In this document: in pieces, positions 19,037-27,888 of the stretch
Numbering within the stretch: the stretch's first letter is position 1
Layout: every line of letters begins with the position of its first letter
NCBI GenBank assembly: GCA_903926205.1
Contig: CAIYID010000060.1
Coordinates: 8,242-72,241 of the forward strand
Direction: 5' to 3'
DNA length: 64,000 nt
DNA from: an uncultured Bdellovibrionales bacterium
Lineage (GTDB): Bacteria > Bdellovibrionota > Bdellovibrionia > Bdellovibrionales > Bdellovibrionaceae
The notes under the pieces: generated by a model
Database searches by the model: none
Told to the model about the DNA's origin: nothing
What the model saw: only the letters and a program-made list of their open reading frames with translations
Program-made: the position numbers and the translations under genes

Positions 19037-19801
19037 ATGGATTTTCAATTGCGTGAACGTGTGGTCCTTATTGTGGGACCACTAACAACCACCGTCCAAT
19101 CTCTAATGTCTAGACTGACGGATGAGGGCGCCGATGTCGCGCTCTTGGACTCAGAGGCAGGCAAAGCAGAAAAATTTTGCTCACAATTAACAGACCAACG
19201 AGAAATCCACGCAAAGCATGGTCGTGCAATGGCTGTGCCCGTAGATTTTTCGCAATTTGGACAAATCAAAGATGCGATTAGCCGAGTGGCACAAACCTTT
19301 GGTGGCATTGATGCCTACATTGATGCGCAAGTGAGCAATCAACCTAGCCCCATGGTCTTGGACTCCCAAGAATTTAATTTTGACGAATTACTCAACAAAA
19401 ATTTAAAATCGACCTTATTAGTCACGCAAGCTGTTGCCGGATTTTTGAAGAGCCGAAAAAAAGGTCGAATTATTTTCTTAATGAATGATTCTATTTTACG
19501 AGCACAACCCGAGGATGCCTTTGTTTCTGCCGTTCGTGGCGGTTTAGTTCCCTTTACGCAAGCCTTGTCTAAACAATTACTTTCACACAATGTGACCGTG
19601 AATGTTCTAACCCTGGGAATGACAGAGGAATATTTATTAGCGCACACACCAGGAATCCCTATTAAAGAGGTTCTCGAAAAGTTGAGGCAGAGTGACCCTT
19701 ATGCAAGAATCACTGAACCTGAAAAAATAACAAATTCAATTATCTTTTTGATGGGCAGTTCGGGTGCCGCTGTTTCTGGTCAATTGATTCGTTTGGTGTG
19801 A
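19037..19801 (+). CDS. SDR-fold protein with degenerate cofactor and catalytic motifs
   Basis: Overall short-chain dehydrogenase layout, but TGxxxGxG reads VGPLTTTVQ, NNAG reads DAQV, and YxxxK reads VSAVR. ORF begins at TTG 18995; ATG 19037 is preferred. Start uncertain. Confidence 0.55.
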   Translation: MDFQLRERVVLIVGPLTTTVQSLMSRLTDEGADVALLDSEAGKAEKFCSQLTDQREIHAKHGRAMAVPVDFSQFGQIKDAISRVAQTFGGIDAYIDAQVSNQPSPMVLDSQEFNFDELLNKNLKSTLLVTQAVAGFLKSRKKGRIIFLMNDSILRAQPEDAFVSAVRGGLVPFTQALSKQLLSHNVTVNVLTLGMTEEYLLAHTPGIPIKEVLEKLRQSDPYARITEPEKITNSIIFLMGSSGAAVSGQLIRLV

Positions 19802-19836
19802 TTCTTCTTTTTTCAAAAAGAATTTCCGAAAATAAA

Positions 19837-20643
19837 CTAATTAATTTCGAACCAATCCATATTAAAGCAAAAAAGCACTTCGCTTTTCGATGAGTCTATC
19901 ACCTTCACAAATTCTTCGATAAACTCAATGATTTTTGCTCTTAACAAAATTGCATCAGCACGAGTAAGGGTAGCAGGCATCGTTAAAAATAATTCATTGG
20001 GCTGCAGCACTCCCATTTTTTCAAAACCCTTAATGCGCCAATTCTGATGATGACGACCGACTAAGGGCGAATCTGCACTCAAATGGGTATTGGCTAGACC
20101 TGGTGCAATTTTTCCGTCGACTTCTTTGCAAAGTCCTACAGAAATTAAAAATTCCAAAATCCGATTGGTCAGAATTAACGAGATTCCTAGCTTCTTTGAT
20201 ATTGCCTCCGGTGTGTTTAATCCTGGAAGAGAACTCACAAGTTTTGCTGCGGTATAAAACCATTGAGAGTAAAAAATTGCGTTTGTCTCCTCTGAAAGAA
20301 TCGCATCTTTAGAAAGACGATTATTAAGACTCTCCGATAATCCTTTAAGCCGGGACAAATCTCGCATGCATTTTGATTTTGCAGTTTGGTTCCCGGCCCT
20401 ATCTAACTGCACAAGAGCGATAAAATAATCTGATTCCAATTCCGTGAAGCCAAAATACTCGCAAATGCCACAGGCCTGTTCAAAGGTAAGATGCTTTGAA
20501 CCATTAAACACCTGGCTAACCATACTCGTGTGAACGTTTAAATGTTCGGCAATTCTGGTCAGCTGCCCGTGCCCCTTCAGTACGCTGTGCTTCAGTTTTT
20601 CTTGCACGAAATCCTTATAATTACTAAATTCAAATACCTTCAT
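19837..20643 (-). CDS. DUF4423/TIGR02147-like helix-turn-helix protein
   Basis: 268 aa. N-terminal block YKDFVQEKLKH...GQLTRIAEHLNVHTSMVSQVFNGSKHLT matches my recollection of this HTH family, which has multiple paralogs in Bdellovibrio-like and Fibrobacter genomes. Confidence 0.55.
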   Translation of the reverse strand: MKVFEFSNYKDFVQEKLKHSVLKGHGQLTRIAEHLNVHTSMVSQVFNGSKHLTFEQACGICEYFGFTELESDYFIALVQLDRAGNQTAKSKCMRDLSRLKGLSESLNNRLSKDAILSEETNAIFYSQWFYTAAKLVSSLPGLNTPEAISKKLGISLILTNRILEFLISVGLCKEVDGKIAPGLANTHLSADSPLVGRHHQNWRIKGFEKMGVLQPNELFLTMPATLTRADAILLRAKIIEFIEEFVKVIDSSKSEVLFCFNMDWFEIN

Positions 20644-20670
20644 AACTCTTTTAATATCGCATAGTTATTT

Positions 20671-20697
20671 ATAATGTTTAATAGAATTAAACATTAT
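20671..20697. promoter_or_regulatory. Perfect 27-bp palindrome (12-3-12), candidate operator
   Basis: ATAATGTTTAAT-aga-ATTAAACATTAT in the divergent intergenic region between the DUF4423-like HTH gene and the secreted orphan gene. Confidence 0.4.
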
Positions 20698-20749
20698 TTG
20701 TGTTTTTTTACCAAAAATATGTAGATAGAGGGCGCGATGCGTTATATAT

Positions 20750-20765
20750 TGGCACAATAGTTGAA
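20750..20765 (+). promoter_or_regulatory. Candidate sigma-54-like -24/-12 element
   Basis: TGGCAC-aatag-TTGAA, where the consensus is TGGCAC-N5-TTGCW and the -12 reads GA not GC. 26 nt upstream of ATG 20791. Confidence 0.2.
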
Positions 20766-20790
20766 ACTTAACTTTTGCGAGGAGCTTGTT

Positions 20791-21714
20791 ATGAAAAAAA
20801 TGGTGATTTTTACTTTCCTGAACTTACTTCTGATTACTTTAACAGGGCAATTCGTCTTTGCGAAAAGTGATCGGGCTGGTGGCGGAGGAGGAAAAAAGGA
20901 GCCTTTATTTCAAATCGTTGCAGAAAATATTTCTAAATGGATTCAGGTTGGAAATGCCGATCTGTTATCAGAAGTATTGATTGCTAATGGTCTGACACTT
21001 CAAGAATACAAAAAAGAAATGCAAGAGGTCCTTAGCAATTTTCATATCACTTTCACAGATGAAAAAGTGATGATTAACGGAAAAGAAAAAACCTGCCGAG
21101 GCTATGTCGATAATAGGAATATAAATCAAATTTTATGCAATAACACACAATTTGGTTCAGACAATTCCGATAATATTAACGAAATTTATCGACAAGTTCA
21201 TCACGAGTTCGCAGGACTTGCTTGTAGAAAAGATAAAAGAGCCTTGATTTGTATTGAAAAAAATAATGGTGAAGAATCCGACTATAGAATTTCAAATCAT
21301 GTAACCAGTCTTTTAGGAGAGGAAACCGTTTGGCGTTTACCAATAAATCCAATTCAAAAAACTCGAGCTGAATATTTATCGCCGGCTGAAGCTCTAAAAA
21401 AACACCTCACAGAAGGTGGTAGAACAGTTTGTCGTTCAATAGTGAACATTTTATCTTCCGATAGTTTTAAAACTATTTTTGAGGATTCAGAACTCGCAGT
21501 AAATTATCCTGAATTGTATACTTTAAATGACCTTTACTCGAAACACTGCACCCTCACTGAACAGCAAGAAAAAATCGGCTCCGATCTTGGCTTATTATCA
21601 CAATTAAACTCAATCGGTGGCGTTATTGTGGGCGATGGCGCTCTTACAAGCGAGCAAAAGAGTTCAGGACTTAATCTTTCCAATGTCACCCTTGGAATTA
21701 TGCAACGGCATTAA
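20791..21714 (+). CDS. Secreted hypothetical protein (Cys-containing, Gly5 linker after signal peptide)
   Basis: Start MKKMVIFTFLNLLLITLTGQFVFA at ATG 20791 with a GAGGAG RBS; the ORF extends to TTG 20761. No family recognised. Confidence 0.5.
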   Translation: MKKMVIFTFLNLLLITLTGQFVFAKSDRAGGGGGKKEPLFQIVAENISKWIQVGNADLLSEVLIANGLTLQEYKKEMQEVLSNFHITFTDEKVMINGKEKTCRGYVDNRNINQILCNNTQFGSDNSDNINEIYRQVHHEFAGLACRKDKRALICIEKNNGEESDYRISNHVTSLLGEETVWRLPINPIQKTRAEYLSPAEALKKHLTEGGRTVCRSIVNILSSDSFKTIFEDSELAVNYPELYTLNDLYSKHCTLTEQQEKIGSDLGLLSQLNSIGGVIVGDGALTSEQKSSGLNLSNVTLGIMQRH

Positions 21715-21729
21715 CCGACTTCACTTGAA

Positions 21730-21759
21730 GCACCCAGAAATTTCGGGGTGCCTTGTTTT
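21730..21759 (+). terminator. Candidate rho-independent terminator
   Basis: GCACCC-agaaatttcg-GGGTGC followed by CTTGTTTTC, between convergent genes 20791-21714 and pepF. Confidence 0.45.
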
Positions 21760-21769
21760 CGAAAATAAT

Positions 21770-23602
21770 TCAAGCTCGCGCGAGCTCTTCAAAATGCTCC
21801 AGCTTTTCATTGACGATATCGATACTTTTTTGCCAGAAGGACACGGAACTTAAATCTTCATTCATATGTTTTTGGACAAGCTCTTCTGCTGACATTCTTC
21901 CCGTATCACATAAAATTTCTTTGTATTTTTTTATAAAATCCGCGCCCCATTCTTTTCGACGGGCGTAAATACTGAGACTGAATAAATACCCAAAAGCATA
22001 GGGAAAATTGTAAAAACTGACTTCACTCATAGAGAAATGCAATTTCGTGGCCCAAAATAATTTATCATTTTGTTCCAGCGCATTGCCATACCACTTTGTC
22101 CAAGCCTCATCGGTCAATTGAGAAAGCTCTTCCGCCGTTAGCGTTGATTGACTTCGTTTTTCATACAAAGATTTTTCAAAATCGAAACGAGCTGGAATAT
22201 TTAAAAGCAGAGCCACTGCGTTTTCCACCTCGGCATAAGCTGCCGTAAAACGAGTTTTGGCTGATAATTTCTTTGAATGCATCATTGAATCCAACAGCAC
22301 GGTTTCAGTAAAAATGCTGGCCGTTTCCGCAAGCGTCATTGGATAATCTCTTTGAATAAAAGGTAAGTCTCTCATCACCCAAGAATGAAAAGCATGCCCC
22401 AACTCGTGGGCCAAGGTCGTTAAATCCATGAAGGAGCCCATCCATGTTTGGAAAACGCGCGGGGTTCGTGATTTGGCAAAGCCCGTGCAATAAGCGCCAC
22501 CGGATTTGCGAGGTAAAATGCGAGATTCAATCCATTTTTTTTCTCTCATCATTGTTACAAATTCGTACAATTCAGAATCCACTTCCTGCAATGCAGAACT
22601 GATGGTTTGAAAACCTTCTTCAAAACTCAAGGCCGCATCTGACTCCGATTTGAGAGGCGCAGGGGCAAGCAAATCCCAGATTTGCATTTTCTCATGACCA
22701 TGAAGCTTCGCCATTATTTTTAATGTTTTTTGCAAGCGAGGCGCATTCTTATGAATGGCCGTCATCATGGCATTTAAAGTTGATTCTTTGATACAAGCCC
22801 CCTGCAACGGGGCTTCAAGAAAATTGGTCTGACGAGTATGAGATCTTTTTTTGATCAACTCCAAACGCCAGCCTGCAAGGGCATTAAGAATAGCTGCCGC
22901 AGACTCTTTGTGAAGTCCCCAAGCTTTTTGAACAGCTTGCCACGCCGCTTTTCTCGCCACTGGATCTGGCAACATGGTTATCGCTTGGGCCTTGGCAATT
23001 CCAACGGTTTCAGTTTGTCCATTAATTTCAATTTCGCAAGTGATAGTGCCCATCAGTTTAGTATAAAGATCACCCCATGCCTGATGACCAGAAACTCGCA
23101 ATGAGTTCAAGAGAATTTCTTCGCTTTGCGAAAGAAGTAAATCTTTATTCAATCGCATCTTTTGCCAATAAAATTTCCAAGCATTCAATTCAGGCTGCTC
23201 AAGAATTTCATCACTGAAAGAATCCGAACATTTTATCATCCAAAGCTCAGCCGGCGTGCAGGCCTCTTGCAAATGTGCGAGCAATATTTGCAAACGCGAG
23301 CTCCCTTTTTCAGCCTCTGAATCGTTCGCATCGACCGAGATATGACAGTGACAAAAAGTTTGCATATTGGCCGCAAGAATCCAGGCTCTTTCTGTTTTAG
23401 ACCAAATTTGCACCATGGTCTCGGCTATGGTTTTTCGCTGTTCGGCGGGCCACTCTGTCAGGCTCCAAATACTTTGATTTTCCTTCGTGATCTGCGAAAT
23501 TTCTTTGACGATTTTTTCTACTTCCGCAAAATCAGCTAAAAATTCAGAGGACTGAATCGCAGGATATTCAGATAAAATATTCCACTCCGGTAAGGTTGTC
23601 AT
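21770..23602 (-). CDS. pepF: Oligoendopeptidase F family (M3B) metallopeptidase
   Basis: Zinc motif HELGHAFHS and M3B-like length and blocks. ATG 23602 is preferred over GTG 23635, which overlaps the upstream gene stop. Confidence 0.85.
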   Translation of the reverse strand: MTTLPEWNILSEYPAIQSSEFLADFAEVEKIVKEISQITKENQSIWSLTEWPAEQRKTIAETMVQIWSKTERAWILAANMQTFCHCHISVDANDSEAEKGSSRLQILLAHLQEACTPAELWMIKCSDSFSDEILEQPELNAWKFYWQKMRLNKDLLLSQSEEILLNSLRVSGHQAWGDLYTKLMGTITCEIEINGQTETVGIAKAQAITMLPDPVARKAAWQAVQKAWGLHKESAAAILNALAGWRLELIKKRSHTRQTNFLEAPLQGACIKESTLNAMMTAIHKNAPRLQKTLKIMAKLHGHEKMQIWDLLAPAPLKSESDAALSFEEGFQTISSALQEVDSELYEFVTMMREKKWIESRILPRKSGGAYCTGFAKSRTPRVFQTWMGSFMDLTTLAHELGHAFHSWVMRDLPFIQRDYPMTLAETASIFTETVLLDSMMHSKKLSAKTRFTAAYAEVENAVALLLNIPARFDFEKSLYEKRSQSTLTAEELSQLTDEAWTKWYGNALEQNDKLFWATKLHFSMSEVSFYNFPYAFGYLFSLSIYARRKEWGADFIKKYKEILCDTGRMSAEELVQKHMNEDLSSVSFWQKSIDIVNEKLEHFEELARA

Positions 23603-23631
23603 TATAGTGACCCTTTCAATGTTTAAAAAAA

Positions 23632-24933
23632 TCACATTCGTTTTTGAATAAGAATGGTTTCAGCTTTGGCAAAATCTTCTGGCGCTACGTAAAGGCGATC
23701 AATAATTCTGGCGCCTTCGTAACGTTTAAAAATTTCTGTGGTTTGGTCAATTGGTGCGGGTCGATCCCAGCGGTCATATTGATCAACAACATAAATTTGC
23801 ATGGCCCGATCTTCAGGTGTCCCTGAGTGATATTTGGACAAACGATTTTTTGAACTCGACCAGATCACTTGGATTCCGGCTTCATTCAATGCTCTTTTAA
23901 TATTCGTAGGTCGGAGGCTTTCCTCCGTGTTATGAAGTTCAATTAACACTTTAAAAGGTCGTCGCTCGGCAATTCTTTGGGCCCAAGAATTTTTACTCTG
24001 AGCCAAATGCTCATACAATTTATAATCTGTGTACCTGGTGTATTCACTGATCTCAGCGGGTAAATGAAAACTGCAATCCTTCGATGTCAGATACAGATTC
24101 AACATCTCTTCAAAAATACTGCTTTTGTGATGTGTGTACACCATCAAATGCATATGATGACGAGAAAGCAAAAAATCATCAAAAGTATAAAGGGCCCGGC
24201 GGTTGATCGCCAAAAACAGTTGATCATTTTGCCGATGAGTCGCCAAATTATTTACAATCCAAGGCAAATCGAATTTTCCGTAATTAGTGCCACAAAAAAA
24301 CGAGTCTCGCTCAAGATAATCCATGCGATCACAATCTAATTCTGAACTCACCAATTGAGAGAGAATAGGACGAAAATCGATGCCTTGATCGACAAAAAAA
24401 TCATCACCGGTAATCAAAGTTTTATCGATCAGGCAAGCGACATGCAAGGGACCGATATCTGGAAAAGCATTCACCAGCACTGCGGTGAGCGGAGAATCTG
24501 TGATGTATTTAATTGTGTAATCTTCATGATTTGCACGCGGGTTAACGGGCGCTTCTTGTAACGTCTTACGATTTTCATAAACCTTAATTTTCAGTGCCGA
24601 CAAGGAGGGCATCACTTCTTCAGTCGTGTGAGAAAGCGGCCCATGACCCACATCATGAAGAAGCGCTGCTAATTTTGTGACCTGTCTGAATCTTTGAAAT
24701 AAAGAGTTCGAAGAAAAGGGAAAGTTTTTAAAAATATGATCAAACACGAGGCCCGCTATATGAGTCACTCCAATGGAATGTAAATAGCGGTTGTGAGTGG
24801 CTCCGGGAAAACTAATTTCCGAAAAACCCAATTGTTTGATTTGCCGCAGACGTTGAAATTCTGCTGAATCAACGACCAAAGTTTCAGCATCAGAGAGCTC
24901 AATAGTGCCGTGAACGGGATCTCGAATTTCCAT
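23632..24933 (-). CDS. HD-domain phosphohydrolase (SAMHD1/dGTPase-like family)
   Basis: Start MEIRDPVHGTIEL, then HNRYLHSIGV and LLHDVGHGPLSH motifs. ORF extends to 24960. Confidence 0.8.
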   Translation of the reverse strand: MEIRDPVHGTIELSDAETLVVDSAEFQRLRQIKQLGFSEISFPGATHNRYLHSIGVTHIAGLVFDHIFKNFPFSSNSLFQRFRQVTKLAALLHDVGHGPLSHTTEEVMPSLSALKIKVYENRKTLQEAPVNPRANHEDYTIKYITDSPLTAVLVNAFPDIGPLHVACLIDKTLITGDDFFVDQGIDFRPILSQLVSSELDCDRMDYLERDSFFCGTNYGKFDLPWIVNNLATHRQNDQLFLAINRRALYTFDDFLLSRHHMHLMVYTHHKSSIFEEMLNLYLTSKDCSFHLPAEISEYTRYTDYKLYEHLAQSKNSWAQRIAERRPFKVLIELHNTEESLRPTNIKRALNEAGIQVIWSSSKNRLSKYHSGTPEDRAMQIYVVDQYDRWDRPAPIDQTTEIFKRYEGARIIDRLYVAPEDFAKAETILIQKRM

Positions 24934-25005
24934 CACTGGAAAATAAAGGCAATGAGCCAATTTTCATAGGCCAAATGAAGTAAGCCGCGACTTTTTGCGC
25001 TGCAA

Positions 25006-25019
25006 TGTGAGAATTCACA
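25006..25019. promoter_or_regulatory. TGTGA-N4-TCACA palindrome, candidate Crp/Fnr-family site
   Basis: TGTGAGAATTCACA in the divergent region between the HD-domain gene and thyA, 48 nt upstream of the thyA ATG. Confidence 0.25.
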
Positions 25020-25066
25020 CTGGATCGACTCATTCCGGCTAACGTAATCTGTTTGCGGAGGGGTTT

Positions 25067-25861
25067 ATGCGACAATACCACGAATTGATGAAAACCATTC
25101 TTGCCCATGGAACGAAGAAGCAGGACAGAACTGGGACTGGAACCATCAGTCTTTTTGCGCACCAATCTCGCTACAATTTACAAGAGGGCTTTCCCCTTGT
25201 AACCACAAAAAAAGTGCATCTTCGTTCAATCATTCATGAACTCCTGTGGTTTTTGAAGGGTGACACTAACATCAAATATTTGCACGACAACAAGGTCACA
25301 ATTTGGGATGAATGGGCCGATGAAAATGGTGATCTTGGGCCTGTCTACGGAAAGCAATGGCGCTCTTGGGAAACTCGCGACGGTCGAAAAATTGACCAGA
25401 TTTCTCAAGTCATTCAGCAAATAAAAACTAATCCTGATTCGCGTCGTTTACTTGTTGTCGCCTTCAATCCTGGAGAGATCGAAAAAATGGCGCTTCCACC
25501 TTGCCACGCTTTTTTTCAATTTTATGTGTCCGAGGGAAAATTGAGTTGCCAGCTTTATCAACGCTCGGCTGATGTTTTTTTGGGAGTTCCGTTCAATATT
25601 GCAAGCTACGCTCTTCTCACTCATATGATGGCCCAAGTTTGTGATTTAAAGGTCGGAGATTTTGTTCACACTTTGGGTGATGCTCATATTTATTTGAATC
25701 ATATGGAGCAAGTGAATACTCAGTTGCAGCGAGAGCTAAAACCACTCTCTCATTTGCGTTTAAATCCATTGATAAAAAATATTTTTGATTTTAAATTCGA
25801 AGACATCACCATTGAAGGATACGAGTCTCATCCGCCCATTAAGGGCGAGGTCGCAATATGA
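25067..25861 (+). CDS. thyA: Thymidylate synthase
   Basis: 264 aa. DRTGTGT, the active-site region LPPCH, and a C-terminal PIKGEVAI-like end. Classic ThyA throughout. Confidence 0.95.
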   Translation: MRQYHELMKTILAHGTKKQDRTGTGTISLFAHQSRYNLQEGFPLVTTKKVHLRSIIHELLWFLKGDTNIKYLHDNKVTIWDEWADENGDLGPVYGKQWRSWETRDGRKIDQISQVIQQIKTNPDSRRLLVVAFNPGEIEKMALPPCHAFFQFYVSEGKLSCQLYQRSADVFLGVPFNIASYALLTHMMAQVCDLKVGDFVHTLGDAHIYLNHMEQVNTQLQRELKPLSHLRLNPLIKNIFDFKFEDITIEGYESHPPIKGEVAI

Positions 25862-26355
25862 TTTTATCGGCCATCGCGGCCATGGCAAAAAATAGAGTGA
25901 TCGGGGTTGATAATCATTTACCCTGGTCCATTCCTGAGGACATGAAGTTTTTTCGAGATAAAACTAAAGGCCATGTCATGATCATGGGCCGAAAAACTTT
26001 TGATTCCTTTGGCGGCAAACCCCTTCCTGGAAGGCTGCATATTGTAATCACTCGGAATGCGAATTTTCGTTTTGATCATCCGCAAGTTCTGATTGTTCAA
26101 TCCCTGAAAGAAGCGGTGGAAAAAGCCCGAAGTTTTATTCCTCAATATGGCAATGAAGTTTTTGTCATTGGCGGGGGAGAAATTTACCGACAATCCCTTT
26201 CGCTTCTAAATAGAATTTATCTCACAGTGGTCGACCAAGAATATCCCGGCGACGCTTATTTTCCAGAATTTAATCATCTCCCCTTCAAGCTCACTTCACA
26301 AAATGACCGGCAGGGAACGCCAAGCTACTCTTTTTGTGTTTATGAGAAGGGCTAA
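25858..26355 (+). CDS. folA: Dihydrofolate reductase
   Basis: 165 aa. [20 protein letters not shown] and VIGGGEIY motifs. 4-nt overlap with thyA. Confidence 0.9.
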   Translation: MILSAIAAMAKNRVIGVDNHLPWSIPEDMKFFRDKTKGHVMIMGRKTFDSFGGKPLPGRLHIVITRNANFRFDHPQVLIVQSLKEAVEKARSFIPQYGNEVFVIGGGEIYRQSLSLLNRIYLTVVDQEYPGDAYFPEFNHLPFKLTSQNDRQGTPSYSFCVYEKG

Positions 26356-26460
26356 CGCGCCTTATTATAAGAGCAAAATCAGCTCCAAACAGCCAGCTAA
26401 ATTTATCTTTTATTATGTAAATATCGTTTAATTTCATGAAGATACAAACTACAAGGTATT

Positions 26461-26485
26461 CTCAGGTATCAGTTTGATACCTGAG
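26461..26485. promoter_or_regulatory. Perfect 25-bp palindrome (11-3-11) just upstream of the decayed HTH paralog
   Basis: CTCAGGTATCA-gtt-TGATACCTGAG, 40 nt upstream of the pseudogene ATG 26525. It could instead be a folA-distal RNA hairpin. Confidence 0.3.
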
Positions 26486-26524
26486 TTATCACAAGTCGCT
26501 TCATGCTCAGGTATAACACTTTCC

Positions 26525-26881
26525 ATGACGACAACAAATAACAAAACCACTTATCGATCTTATCTTGAGCGGGAGTACCAAGCCCGAAGGGGAAAAAACT
26601 CTGCCTACTCTTTGCGAGCCTTTGCAAGGAATCTAGGAATTGCCGCTCCGAAGCTCTCTCAAGTTTTTAGCGGCAGCTGTGGGCTATCGGGAGAGTCCGC
26701 TCAAAGGATTGCATAGAAACTCGATCTTTCCGAAACTGAAACTCAGTACTTTGTGGCGCTGGTGGAATTGGAACACAGTCGAAGCAAAATTGGAAAAGCT
26801 CAAGCGCAAGCGTGGAAGAAAGAGAGTTTTCTGCTTGGCCATTCAACTCTTCCCTCTGGATCAAATGAAAAAAAATATTAA
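26525..26881 (+). pseudogene. Decayed DUF4423/TIGR02147-like HTH gene (in-frame TAG plus C-terminal truncation)
   Basis: YSLRAFARNLGIAAPKLSQVFSGS...AQRIA-TAG(26714-26716)-KLDLSETETQYFVALVELEHS aligns by eye with residues of the intact paralog at 19837-20643 (…MVSQVFNGS…CEYFGFTELESDYFIALVQLD). Reading stops at 26881, about half the paralog length. Confidence 0.5.
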
Positions 26882-27156
26882 AGAATAAAAAACGAAAAAT
26901 TAAACTTAGAACGAATAAAAAAACTTGGACTCAAGAATATTCAGTGAACAATCCAAACTTGGATGATGAGCTTGTGGACACCAGCTACAAATTCATTCCT
27001 ATGACAAACAACGAGGCTAAAGTGGCCAACCAATTGTTTCAAAAATTTTAAAAGGCGAAAGAGAACTCAACTTAAGGCAAATCAAAGCTCTGGCAAAAAG
27101 ATTCAAAGTCTCACCCGAACTATTTATTTCTTAGCTGGTTAATTTTAGTTAAACCC

Positions 27157-27615
27157 TCACCGCACCCAATGCCCGTCTTTGTTATGAACTTCAAGCGACA
27201 AACTCTGATCGACCTCAATGCTCAGATTGGGCTTAGCCAAATGAATGCGCCCCAGTCCTTCGGAAAAATTAAAAGCATTCGAGGTGGCTTGATCCATCGG
27301 TGCAAGAATTTCTAAAACGATCTGACGAACTTCGGGATTGATCGTATGAATTTTTGCCTCAAGAAGATAATCTGTTTCCGTCACCTCTTTGATCTCAGAG
27401 ATCTCTATATGAGTGTGATCAAGCACATATTGAGCAAAGGTTTTTCCTCGATTGTTTTTCCCTTGCACGACGGATCGCTGTTCTTTCAAAAGAGTTTCTT
27501 GAATTTCCGAAGTGAGAATTTCACTTGATGCTTTTTTAATTTCACGTTGTTTCATAAAACTGCAGGAAGAGAGCAGCAGAGAGAGGCTTATCATTATATA
27601 GAGAAGGTTTTTCAT
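27157..27615 (-). CDS. Lipoprotein, function unknown
   Basis: Start MKNLLYIMISLSLLLSSC with the lipobox LLSSC. ORF extends to 27675. Confidence 0.5.
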   Translation of the reverse strand: MKNLLYIMISLSLLLSSCSFMKQREIKKASSEILTSEIQETLLKEQRSVVQGKNNRGKTFAQYVLDHTHIEISEIKEVTETDYLLEAKIHTINPEVRQIVLEILAPMDQATSNAFNFSEGLGRIHLAKPNLSIEVDQSLSLEVHNKDGHWVR

Positions 27616-27888
27616 TCGACTTAGTGTCACCGTGAAATAAAAGATCGTCCAGAGCTTTTGACTGGGTTTGCACAAAAATATCGTAAAATCTCCAGACTTA
27701 GGTCAGGTTTTCGAGGAAAAATAGCAAAAATACGAGGGACGATGGACTAGTTTGTAACTATTTTGAGACGTCTCACTTTAGGATTTTCAAGATCCTCCGA
27801 GAAGAAGGGTAAGACAGTTACCCATTGAACTTATCGGTTCACGTGATGTCAGGGATTGACATCTAGAAATCTTCAAGGAGGAGGAAAT

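Noticed and set aside
23632-24933. HD-domain dGTPase-like gene as an anti-phage dNTP-depletion defence gene
   Set aside because: It sits in a housekeeping nucleotide-metabolism context (pepF, thyA-folA) with no neighbouring defence or mobile genes. Family membership alone cannot distinguish a defence from a housekeeping role.
27776-27803. Possible sigma-28 promoter for the first flagellin (CCGAGAA as -10)
   Set aside because: No TAAA/TCAA-like -35 lies at 15-18 nt spacing upstream (CTTT / TTAG instead). The match is too weak to call.
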